From assembly GCA_964531785.1 (NCBI GenBank), contig CAZHFF010000001.1:165997-229996 (forward strand): DNA of 64,000 nt, in the 5' to 3' direction. The notes under the pieces are model-generated. The model did not search any database. It was not told the origin of the DNA and was given only the letters and a program-made list of their open reading frames with translations. Shown in pieces: positions 27,317 through 34,798 of this stretch. Position 1 is the stretch's first letter, and each line of letters begins with the position of its first letter. The DNA is from an uncultured Candidatus Saccharibacteria bacterium (GTDB lineage Bacteria > Patescibacteriota > Minisyncoccia > Phycocordibacterales > UBA12088). Position numbers and translations under genes: made by a program.

Positions 27317-27379
27317 TAGGACGCAGCTGTGCACAGGAGCGTGGTGCGCCATGGGGGAAGCACTGGTACGATGAACATC

Positions 27380-28339
27380 ATGCTGAGCAACCGTTTTGCA
27401 AAGGGCCTCCTGTACGCACTCGCGATGCTTCTTCTTGCAGTGCCCGCACTGAGCTATGCGCAAGGGCTCGTGCCGTGCGGCAATTCGATACAGACCGTGT
27501 ACCAGGGTGACCAGATCTGCACGGTGGGTGAGTGTACCACCTGCGACCTCCTCCGCCTCGCCCAGAACATCATCAACTTCTTCGTTCTCATCAGTGTCGT
27601 CGTTGCGACCCTGCTCTTCGTGAACGCCGGCGTGCTCTACCTTGGGGCGAGCGCGAACCCTGGCAATGTCTCGCGAGCGCACAAGATATTCATTAACACG
27701 GTGATCGGCCTCATCATCGTGCTTGCGTCGTGGCTCGTGATCGATGTCATCATGAAGACATTGGCGCACCAGTCAGGGCCGTACAGTGGCCCGTGGGACG
27801 GGATACTCTGCAACGCTGAGTCGAACATGAACTGCGTGCCCGTCCTGGAGGGGATAACCACCACACTTGTGGGTGATGCGCTTCCCAGTGGTGGAGTACC
27901 GCAGACCCCCGCCCCACCACCACCCGCAGCACCGACCGGCGGTATTATAGGCAGCGGTACCAGAGTGACCGACGCGCAGGCGCGACAAATTTTTAGCGAT
28001 CACGGCTTCAGTGTCTGGGAGTCAGCCCCGGGTGCCACCCAGTTCGAGGGGATGCGAGAGGAGACCGTGCGCGGAGCGCTCCGTATCGCAGCCGCCTGTC
28101 CCACATGCGACCTTACCATTACCGGTGGTACGGAGGCGGGGTATCATGCTGAAGGAGAGGGACAGACACATGCGAACGGCTACAAGATCGACCTCGACGA
28201 CACTCCGAGTCTCAATAACCACATCCAGAACAACTGGCAGCCGATCGGGATGCGGGGCAGTGACCCGGTCTACCAAGAGCCCTTAGGGGGAGGTCAGTGC
28301 GTCCGTGAAGCAACGCACTGGGACTGCACGTATCCCTGA
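27380..28339 (+). CDS. pilin-like (LVPCG-type) N-terminal module fused to a putative LAS/M15-like peptidoglycan peptidase domain
   Basis: Same N-terminal module as 26117..27316. Pro-rich linker, then a C-terminal domain with GYHAEGEGQTHANGYKIDLD and ATHWD, read as an H..G..D / H motif (tentative). The ORF starts at 27329; ATG 27380 is preferred because TGGTACGAT lies at 27364-27372. Confidence 0.7.
   Translation: MLSNRFAKGLLYALAMLLLAVPALSYAQGLVPCGNSIQTVYQGDQICTVGECTTCDLLRLAQNIINFFVLISVVVATLLFVNAGVLYLGASANPGNVSRAHKIFINTVIGLIIVLASWLVIDVIMKTLAHQSGPYSGPWDGILCNAESNMNCVPVLEGITTTLVGDALPSGGVPQTPAPPPPAAPTGGIIGSGTRVTDAQARQIFSDHGFSVWESAPGATQFEGMREETVRGALRIAAACPTCDLTITGGTEAGYHAEGEGQTHANGYKIDLDDTPSLNNHIQNNWQPIGMRGSDPVYQEPLGGGQCVREATHWDCTYP
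27539..27855 (+). repeat. 317-bp tract identical to 26300-26616
   Basis: See 26300-26616. Confidence 0.95.
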
Positions 28340-28351
28340 GTTGGCTCCGGA

Positions 28352-28379
28352 TTGACAGCCGTCTTGAATAGGATATAGT
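28352..28379 (+). promoter_or_regulatory. TTGACA-16-TATAGT promoter upstream of rpmG
   Basis: The -35 is at 28352-28357 and the -10 at 28374-28379. ATG 28387 follows 7 nt later. Confidence 0.55.
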
Positions 28380-28386
28380 AGTCACC

Positions 28387-28542
28387 ATGTCTCAGGACCA
28401 CATCGTGAAGCTCAGGAGCACCGAGTCGAAGCACATGCGCTTCGACGTGCGGAACCGTAAGCGGGTGGAGAAGAAGCTCGAGCTTAATAAGTACGACCCG
28501 GTCGTTCGCAAGGTCGTCAAGTACAAGGAGGTCAAGAAGTAG
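28387..28542 (+). CDS. rpmG: 50S ribosomal protein L33
   Basis: 51-aa ORF, below the ORF-track cutoff: MSQDHIVKLRSTESKHMRFDVRNRKRVEKKLELNKYDPVVRKVVKYKEVKK. It matches the L33 pattern KLEL.KY.P..RK...KE.K. Confidence 0.8.
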   Translation: MSQDHIVKLRSTESKHMRFDVRNRKRVEKKLELNKYDPVVRKVVKYKEVKK

Positions 28543-28567
28543 CTGTTCTGCGTTCGGTATACCCCCT

Positions 28568-28591
28568 GCGCGCGCGTCGACGCGCTTTTTT
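28568..28591 (+). terminator. rho-independent terminator after rpmG
   Basis: GCGCG tcga CGCGC followed by TTTTTT. Confidence 0.6.
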
Positions 28592-28614
28592 CGTCGTGCT
28601 ATACTCTCGCTGTT

Positions 28615-28685
28615 GGGCCTATAGTTTAGTGGTAAAATTCTGGTCTCCAAAACCAGCGTCCCAGGTTCGAGTCCTGGTGGGCCCG
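28615..28685 (+). tRNA. tRNA-Trp (anticodon CCA)
   Basis: Acceptor GGGCCTA/TGGGCCC, anticodon arm CTGGT-CTCCAAA-ACCAG, T arm CCAGGTTCGAGTCCTGG. Confidence 0.85.
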
Positions 28686-28796
28686 CCTTCGCTCGCCGAA
28701 GCAAGCTACGGTCGCATGCCGCCAAAGCTTTAGCGACGGAGCACGGGCAAAGCCCGACAGCTTGCAAAGGAGAGATTCGCTCGCCGAAGTTGTGTT

Positions 28797-29032
28797 ATGT
28801 ACTATGTGTACATACTTACGTGCGCAGACAATAAGCCCTACACCGGCTGTACAGCTGACTTGAAGGACCGCATGCACCGGCACGAGAGTGCACAAGTAAA
28901 TGCACGCGTAATCGTTTGCCGGTGCGTCTCGTGTGTTAGATAGCCTTCAGTGACCGATACAGAGCCTTTGCCTTTGAGCACTATCTCAAGTCAGGTTCAG
29001 GTCGAGCATTCATACAGAGACATTTTACATAA
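28797..29032 (+). pseudogene. GIY-YIG nuclease (UPF0213-like) pseudogene
   Basis: Begins MYYVYILTCADNKPYTGCTADLKDRMHRH. The frame shifts near 28895, after which it reads KCTRNRLPVRLVC, an in-frame TAG (28937-28939), then IAFSDRYRAFAFEHYLKSGSGRAF. Confidence 0.65.
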
Positions 29033-29071
29033 TCATTGTTAACTTTGTATTTTGGACTTTAATTTTTTACC

Positions 29072-30364
29072 ATGTCTCACGACCTCATTGCGCAGCTCGA
29101 AGATCGCGTCCTTACGGTACCGGAGTACCTGGACCTCGTGAACGAGCTCCTCAGCCCGTTGCGTGTGGCTGTAGAGGGTGAGGTGACCGACCTTAAGCTC
29201 TTGCGCGAATGGGCGTTCTTTTCGCTCAAGGACGCAGAAAGCGGTGCGCTTTTGCGGTGCGGTCTGCATGCCCAGCAGTATCGAAGGATCGGTGTGAATA
29301 TGGAAGAAGGTATGCAGGTCAAGGTGACCGGGTACGGCAAGATATCGCCAAAGACGGGCAATTTCGGTTTCTGGGTCTCGACCATCGAACCTGTCGGGGA
29401 GGGCGCGCTCCGTCGTGCCTACGAGCTGCTCATAGAAAAGCTCAGGGGCGAAGGATTGTTCGCGCGAAAGCGCGAGCTCCCACAGTTCATTCGTCACATA
29501 GGCGTTATCTCCTCCAGGAACGGTGTCGTGCTCCAGGACCTGCGCCAGAACCTCGAACCGCTCGGTATCCGTATCGACTTCCTGCACAGCGGCGTGGAGG
29601 GGGCGGACAGTGCTCGCGAGCTGTTGCAGGCGGTAGAGTGGTTTTCACAAGCACCGGAACGGCCGGATGTGCTCGTGCTTATCCGTGGCGGTGGTTCGCT
29701 CGAGAGTTTGCAAGGGTTCAACAATGAAACGGTGGCCCGGGCCATCTTTGCGTCGCCTATGCCGGTACTCGTGGGTATCGGTCATGATGTCGATATGCCC
29801 ATTGCGACCTTAGTGGCTGACTGGAGCGCCTCGACGCCTACTGCCGTGGCGCACGTTATCAATGCGTCATGGAGCCCACTCACGGAAGCGTTACCGCGGC
29901 TCACGACCGCACTGCTCGTCCGGTACCGTAGGCACCTCGAGAGCACGACCACGCAGGTACTCCTCCATGAACGCACCGTAGCAGGCGCGGTTCGTACGAT
30001 GCTCTCCCTGCTTGGCGGGGTGGGTGCGCGTGTGCTGCAGCATGCGCTCCGGGGCAGGGAGTGGGTGGAGGTGCTCCGTACCCGCGTGGCACGCTCGCTC
30101 ATGCAGCGATCCCAGGGGTTCGTGCGTATGCGCCAACAGGCACAGGATCGGGTGGGCCTGTGCGAGCGGCTGATCAATGCGAGCGACCCGTCACGCATGC
30201 TCGCACGTGGCTTTGCACTGCCGTACGGGAGCGATGGCAAGCTCGTGCGGAGCGTGCGTGCCGTTACCGTGGGCGATGCATTGAGCCTCCGACTCCACGA
30301 TGGTACGCTGAACAGCACGGTGACCGACGTCACCGAAGGTGAGTCGAAACAGATTAGACGCTAA
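29072..30364 (+). CDS. xseA: exodeoxyribonuclease VII large subunit
   Basis: 430 aa with an N-terminal OB fold (VEGEVTDL) and GVISSRNGVVLQD, LIRGGGS motifs. Followed by xseB. Confidence 0.9.
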   Translation: MSHDLIAQLEDRVLTVPEYLDLVNELLSPLRVAVEGEVTDLKLLREWAFFSLKDAESGALLRCGLHAQQYRRIGVNMEEGMQVKVTGYGKISPKTGNFGFWVSTIEPVGEGALRRAYELLIEKLRGEGLFARKRELPQFIRHIGVISSRNGVVLQDLRQNLEPLGIRIDFLHSGVEGADSARELLQAVEWFSQAPERPDVLVLIRGGGSLESLQGFNNETVARAIFASPMPVLVGIGHDVDMPIATLVADWSASTPTAVAHVINASWSPLTEALPRLTTALLVRYRRHLESTTTQVLLHERTVAGAVRTMLSLLGGVGARVLQHALRGREWVEVLRTRVARSLMQRSQGFVRMRQQAQDRVGLCERLINASDPSRMLARGFALPYGSDGKLVRSVRAVTVGDALSLRLHDGTLNSTVTDVTEGESKQIRR

Positions 30365-30375
30365 GCGCGCAATTC

Positions 30376-30588
30376 ATGACAAAGGAGGGAACACAGGGTG
30401 CCATAAAAAAAGAACTTGCGGAGCTGGAAGCGATCGCACAGTGGTTTGAAGAGCAGAACGAGCTCGATATCGAAGAGGGGTTGGTCAAGGTAAAGCGCGG
30501 TGCAGAGCTCGCAAAGTCGCTCAAGAGCCGGTTGACCGCTGTTGAGAACGAGTTCCGGGAAGTTGAAGCCGAGCTCGGCAAGGCGTAA
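30376..30588 (+). CDS. xseB: exodeoxyribonuclease VII small subunit
   Basis: 70-aa helical protein with the LEAIAQWFEEQNELDIEEGL pattern, directly after xseA. Confidence 0.85.
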   Translation: MTKEGTQGAIKKELAELEAIAQWFEEQNELDIEEGLVKVKRGAELAKSLKSRLTAVENEFREVEAELGKA

Positions 30589-30656
30589 TCCTTCGAGGGC
30601 GGAGCCTGTCGCCAGGTACGTTACGATAACGCCCGACCTTTCGGTCGAGCGTAGCG

Positions 30657-31271
30657 TTACTTGAGTTCGAGTGCCGATTCCGTGATGACACAGGCAGGGA
30701 GTTTTCGGCCGGGCATGCGTGTCGGGTAGGTGTGCAATACGAGCCATCGTACGGTCGCTGCACCTTCCTCGGACCAAGCAACGATACGGGTGATTCCAGC
30801 GGCGACGTCATGTTCCGGGTGCTTGGGGAATACATGCTGGATACTGACCGCATCGCGGTTCGACCTTGCGACGGCAAGCCGTTCCTCGATCGAGCAGAGC
30901 TCGCTCCACGGCGTGACAGTTGACTTGAAGGTAAGGACGAATGCCGGAAGATCCACCACGAGGCTGAAATTGCCGTCCGCATGGTCACGGTACGGGTACA
31001 CAGCGATGTGCTGATCGGGGTCGGCTCGGGTGCGCGGCACCAGCTTACAACTTACGAGCTCGGTGAACCAACTGTTCGGTGCACCTTTTACCTCGATCGC
31101 CGAGCTTTCAGCAATGATCCGAAGCGTCACGATCGACCCGGCCATGCGGGCAGTACGTGGGCGTCCGCATACCGTGAGACCATCCATGAATGCCTCGAGT
31201 GCACTGTAGGGCTCTTGGCCAACGACCACGCTCAGATCGGTCGGGTACTGTATGACATGGCTGAGGTTCAT
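30657..31271 (-). CDS. hypothetical protein
   Basis: The ORF runs to 31499, but the upstream 76 codons look non-protein-like and contain a plus-strand promoter. ATG 31271 is preceded by GAGGAAG. Confidence 0.45.
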   Translation of the reverse strand: MNLSHVIQYPTDLSVVVGQEPYSALEAFMDGLTVCGRPRTARMAGSIVTLRIIAESSAIEVKGAPNSWFTELVSCKLVPRTRADPDQHIAVYPYRDHADGNFSLVVDLPAFVLTFKSTVTPWSELCSIEERLAVARSNRDAVSIQHVFPKHPEHDVAAGITRIVAWSEEGAATVRWLVLHTYPTRMPGRKLPACVITESALELK

Positions 31272-31380
31272 GACAGCTTCCTCTACGACGTTCTGCGCAG
31301 GAGGATACCATACATCATTCAGTCGTCCATGGTCGGTCGTGGGATACGCGCGTGCTCGCTTGTGCATGTCCTTGCTGTAT

Positions 31381-31614
31381 GGTATACTGTGAGCTCCACA
31401 GTGCTGTGGAAATAGGTGGCACACCTCTAGCAATAGGGTGGACAAAAGCTCTTTGTTGTGCTTGGCACCGCGCATACGCGCGTCTCGTGAAAAGCACAAC
31501 AGAGCACTTCTCTGCTTCTTGCCGCAGCGCGGCGGAAGACACCGTTATTCATGACCGTATAGGGCGAGCATCAGGAACGCATTTCGTGCGTCCTGAGAAT
31601 GCTCATAACGCTCG
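31381..31614 (+). promoter_or_regulatory. TGGTATACT promoter plus about 220-nt highly structured leader or small RNA
   Basis: The -10 is at 31383-31388. Four hairpins follow: 31396-31409, 31454-31501 (10-bp closing stem), 31515-31538 and 31566-31604 (about 15 bp). Confidence 0.4.
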
Positions 31615-32079
31615 ATGCCTATGAGAGGAGCTCTAGCTGTGCCGTACGTGGCGCAAACGACCGAATTCACTTGTGGACCTGCAGCGGTCCGCATGCTGCT
31701 GCTCTTTTTGGGTGTTGGGCGATCAGAAGAGGAGCTCGCTACCGTGCTCGAAACGAACGAAACGTACGGAACGCGACGGAGTGCGATACTCGCGTACCTG
31801 CGGGACACAGAAGGGCTTGCCTGTACCGCGTCATGCGGTAACACGGTGCGCGAACTTGCCGAACACGTGAAAGGCGGCGTGCCCGCGCTCGTTCGCTATA
31901 TCGAGCCAACACACGATGAGGACCACTATGCGCTCGTCATTGGCGTCACTGATACGGTGGTCGTGCTCAATGATCCGTGGCCGAACAACGGTCAGAACCT
32001 CGAACTTACCCACGACGATTTCTATGCGCGGTGGACCAGCACATATGGTGACAAGGGTGGATGGATGCTCGCCGTCTAG
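31615..32079 (+). CDS. papain-like cysteine peptidase, C39-like domain
   Basis: VPYVAQTTEFTCGPAAVRMLL (Q..C motif) and DHYALVIG..LNDPW (His region). An alternative GTG start lies at 31639 after GAGGAG. Confidence 0.65.
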   Translation: MPMRGALAVPYVAQTTEFTCGPAAVRMLLLFLGVGRSEEELATVLETNETYGTRRSAILAYLRDTEGLACTASCGNTVRELAEHVKGGVPALVRYIEPTHDEDHYALVIGVTDTVVVLNDPWPNNGQNLELTHDDFYARWTSTYGDKGGWMLAV

Positions 32080-32987
32080 TGAAAAGCCTGATCCAGAACG
32101 CTCGTGAGTGCCTCGTCAGGTGAAGGGAACCAGCGAATGTTCGGGTTACGTTTGAACCAGGTCATTTGCCGTCGCGCGAAGCGGAGCGTGTCACGCACAA
32201 GTTCATCGATCATCTCTTCGTGCGTGAGCTTACCCTGGAGGTGAAGGGCTATGTATCGGTACTCGAGCCCGAAGTGCAGAAGTCGTTTCCATGACAGTGC
32301 GGCTTGGTGTGTTCCGTTACGGAGATCCTTGACCTCTTCGAGCATGCCCTGTCGCAAACGAGACAGGACGCGTTCGTGTATCGTGACCGCAAGTAGGTCA
32401 CGCGGGGGGGCTAAGCCGAGCCAGGTCGCTTCATACCGTGTCGACTTAGCTTCCGGGTCCCTAAGTGGGGGGACCTTGCCGAGTGCCCGTGCCACCTCTA
32501 TCGCGCGTATGAGCCGGCGCGGGTTCTTACGCTCGATGCTCGCGGCACGCTCCGGGTCAAGCGCCTCAAGCTGTGCGAAGAGCGCTTCCGGTGGTCGTCC
32601 AGAGAGTTCCCTACGCAGGTCGTGATCCGGCTTGACCGCAGGGAACTCATGGCCGTACATGAGCGCATCCACATAAAAGCCGGTCCCGCCGGCGACGATG
32701 GGTACGTGACCCACCCGTACGATCCGTCGGATAGCACGCTCCGCATGCAACCGCCAGCGGTGAACGGTACAGGTCGAGCGAGGAGAAGCGATGTCGAGGC
32801 AGTGGTGGGGGACACCCTTCATTTCTTGTTCGGTCACCTTGGCGCTACCAAGGTCAAGACCTCGATACACCTGGCGAGAGTCCGCAGAAATGACCTCGCC
32901 GCCCACGTGGCGGGCGAGTTCGATGGCGAGCCCGGTCTTGCCGCTTGCGGTCGGGCCCACGATAACGTAGAGGTGCGGTAGTTCCAT
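32076..32987 (-). CDS. miaA: tRNA dimethylallyltransferase
   Basis: P-loop VIVGPTASGKTGLAIELA, ISADSRQVYRGLDLGSAK, GGTGFY. The ORF extends to 33053. Confidence 0.92.
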   Translation of the reverse strand: MELPHLYVIVGPTASGKTGLAIELARHVGGEVISADSRQVYRGLDLGSAKVTEQEMKGVPHHCLDIASPRSTCTVHRWRLHAERAIRRIVRVGHVPIVAGGTGFYVDALMYGHEFPAVKPDHDLRRELSGRPPEALFAQLEALDPERAASIERKNPRRLIRAIEVARALGKVPPLRDPEAKSTRYEATWLGLAPPRDLLAVTIHERVLSRLRQGMLEEVKDLRNGTHQAALSWKRLLHFGLEYRYIALHLQGKLTHEEMIDELVRDTLRFARRQMTWFKRNPNIRWFPSPDEALTSVLDQAFH

Positions 32988-33049
32988 AGGGGGAGTATGG
33001 TAAAGAAAGCGCCTCCCCGCAAGGGGAGGCAACAGCTTCTTGTGTCTTG

Positions 33050-33808
33050 TCATGGCTGACCGGTGATGAGTCGTTTCCAGTTCGCTTCCGTTTCCTTGGG
33101 CTTGATCGGTATCGATCCGTCTTCACAGAGTGGACACTCGTCGGGCCACCACTCGTGCATAATGAAGTCGAACAGTGATACCACCTGGGTCTGTCCTGCT
33201 GCTGTGGCGACCACAGAACAATACCCGCGGTTCACGACGACGACGTCGAACGGTACGACCTGGACGCCGGGGAGCTCCCGTGTGATGAGTGCCACGGCCT
33301 CTTGGAACCCTGTCGCGCTGCTGCACACATCGTCGATGACACACACCGTGGCTTCGGTCGGACGCTGGTGCCCGAGCGTCATGTGCCGTTGCTCATCCTT
33401 ACGAAGGTCGAGTGTCGGCAGGTCAAGCTCGCACGCGATAGCGTTTGCGAGCACGGTCGCTGCATTGGGGACACCCGCGAGGTGCGTCACCCCTTTGAGG
33501 ACACCACTTTCGCGCGTGAACCGTGCCATTTGCCGAGCGAGCAGGCGCAGGATGTTGTCATGAGCAAGCAGGACCGGAAAGCTGATGAACCCATCGCTGT
33601 GTTTACCGGACTTGAGTCTGGCGTGGCAGCCGGGTTTGATCTTGGCAAGTTCAGTATAGTCGAACTCCCAGAACGCCCCGAGCTCGGTCGCGATATGGCG
33701 AAACTCTTCTGTCGTGAGTTGCCGGTCGATTGATTCGGGATCGAGTGCGAGCAACTGCTCTCTGCAATACGACGTCAAGAGTTCTTTGCTCGTGTGTCGC
33801 ATGGGCAT
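33050..33808 (-). CDS. phosphoribosyltransferase-domain protein (OPRT-like, possibly pyrE)
   Basis: PRPP-binding motif VCVIDDVCSSATG, adjacent to pyrF. The N- and C-terminal extensions are atypical, so the assignment is tentative. Confidence 0.55.
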   Translation of the reverse strand: MPMRHTSKELLTSYCREQLLALDPESIDRQLTTEEFRHIATELGAFWEFDYTELAKIKPGCHARLKSGKHSDGFISFPVLLAHDNILRLLARQMARFTRESGVLKGVTHLAGVPNAATVLANAIACELDLPTLDLRKDEQRHMTLGHQRPTEATVCVIDDVCSSATGFQEAVALITRELPGVQVVPFDVVVVNRGYCSVVATAAGQTQVVSLFDFIMHEWWPDECPLCEDGSIPIKPKETEANWKRLITGQP

Positions 33809-33811
33809 AGC

Positions 33812-34495
33812 CTACTCCTTGCTCTCAAGTTCGGTCAGTATGGACCTGGTGGTACGTATCGGATCTGCGCTCTGCAGGATCGTTGTTCCTACGACGATAT
33901 GGGTCGCGCCTTTCTTCTGTGCGACGCGGGGTGGTATAGGCTCGACATGCGGTCCTTGCTCGTCGCCTGGAAGCCGTATGCCCGGCACCACGATCGCCCG
34001 ATCGGTGTGCAGTCGTTGTCGCAAGTGCAGGAGCGCGTGGGGAGGGAAGATCACGCCCTGTGCGCCCTCGTAGAGTGCGGCGAGTGCCAGTTCGCGAACG
34101 GTTTCTGGCCGAGCTGATCTGCTCGAGAGCGCAAGGACGGCCAGGACCTCGGTCGAACTCCCTTTGAGTGCCTGAACGACCGCTCTGACGCGTCCCTCGT
34201 CCTCGGTGTGCCATATGGTGAGGTATCGTGCGCCAAGTGCGGCATACCGGAGCGCCAAACTGACGGAAACCGGCGGTGTATCTGCGATCTTGGTGTCGAT
34301 GAAGAGTGGCGCGGCTTTGCTGATGAGCATGATCTGCCAGGCTGCAGCGCCAACGATGGCCTCGTGGACCTTGACGCCCCAGAACTGTGGGTGCGTGCCG
34401 AATTCGTGGCTGAATCGCTTGGTGTACTCGAGGGCGCTGCTTGCGTCCATCGAGTCTAGGGCAACGATAAGCTTGGCCAATTGCGTGCCTTTCAC
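33812..34495 (-). CDS. pyrF: orotidine 5'-phosphate decarboxylase
   Basis: LIVALD, FIDTKIADTP and a C-terminal VVGTTI pattern. The ORF continues to 34783 across a tRNA gene, so a GTG (34495) or TTG (34516) start is inferred. Confidence 0.8.
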   Translation of the reverse strand: MKGTQLAKLIVALDSMDASSALEYTKRFSHEFGTHPQFWGVKVHEAIVGAAAWQIMLISKAAPLFIDTKIADTPPVSVSLALRYAALGARYLTIWHTEDEGRVRAVVQALKGSSTEVLAVLALSSRSARPETVRELALAALYEGAQGVIFPPHALLHLRQRLHTDRAIVVPGIRLPGDEQGPHVEPIPPRVAQKKGATHIVVGTTILQSADPIRTTRSILTELESKE

Positions 34496-34566
34496 GTATT
34501 TTACCTGCTCTGACAATACAGTACCGGCGCATACGCGCAAGGAGTAGGGACGGGTGCTTTTTACTG

Positions 34567-34648
34567 TGCCGGAGGAGGGACTCGAACCCTCAAGGCTTGC
34601 GCCATGCGATTTTGAGTCGCACGTGTATACCAATTCCACCACTCCGGC
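34567..34648 (-). tRNA. tRNA-Leu (anticodon CAA)
   Basis: Acceptor GCCGGAG/CTCCGGC, anticodon arm TGCGA-CTCAAAA-TCGCA, long variable arm, T arm GAGGGTTCGAGTCCCTC. Confidence 0.85.
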
Positions 34649-34798
34649 AAACGTCGGCAGAAGAGCGACACCAAACGTGCCGTTCCAGCGTTCGTGTCCA
34701 CAGTGTAGCGTATTTTGCGTGCCGAGCAACGTGGTATACTGGGTGCACAGGCAAGCACGCAGGTGCCTGCCTGGAGCACTCACCTGTCACGCTAGTCT

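Noticed and set aside
25955-27769. Two minus-strand ORFs (25955-26530 and 26900-27769) with identical N-termini MRQCLHDDIDHEPRRKHDDEADH
   Set aside because: The identity only mirrors the 317-bp repeat inside the plus-strand pilin-hydrolase genes. The plus-strand products have clear domain signatures; these do not.
28937-28939. In-frame TAG in the GIY-YIG ORF as possible stop-codon reassignment
   Set aside because: TAG, TGA and TAA all terminate well-supported genes in this window, and the same ORF also carries a frameshift. A pseudogene is the simpler reading.
33825-34783. Long alternative frames and the N-terminal extension of the pyrF ORF
   Set aside because: The extension overlaps tRNA-Leu(CAA) on the same strand. 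The alternative-frame ORF 33825-34532 is Arg-rich nonsense. pyrF was shortened to a GTG/TTG start after the tRNA.
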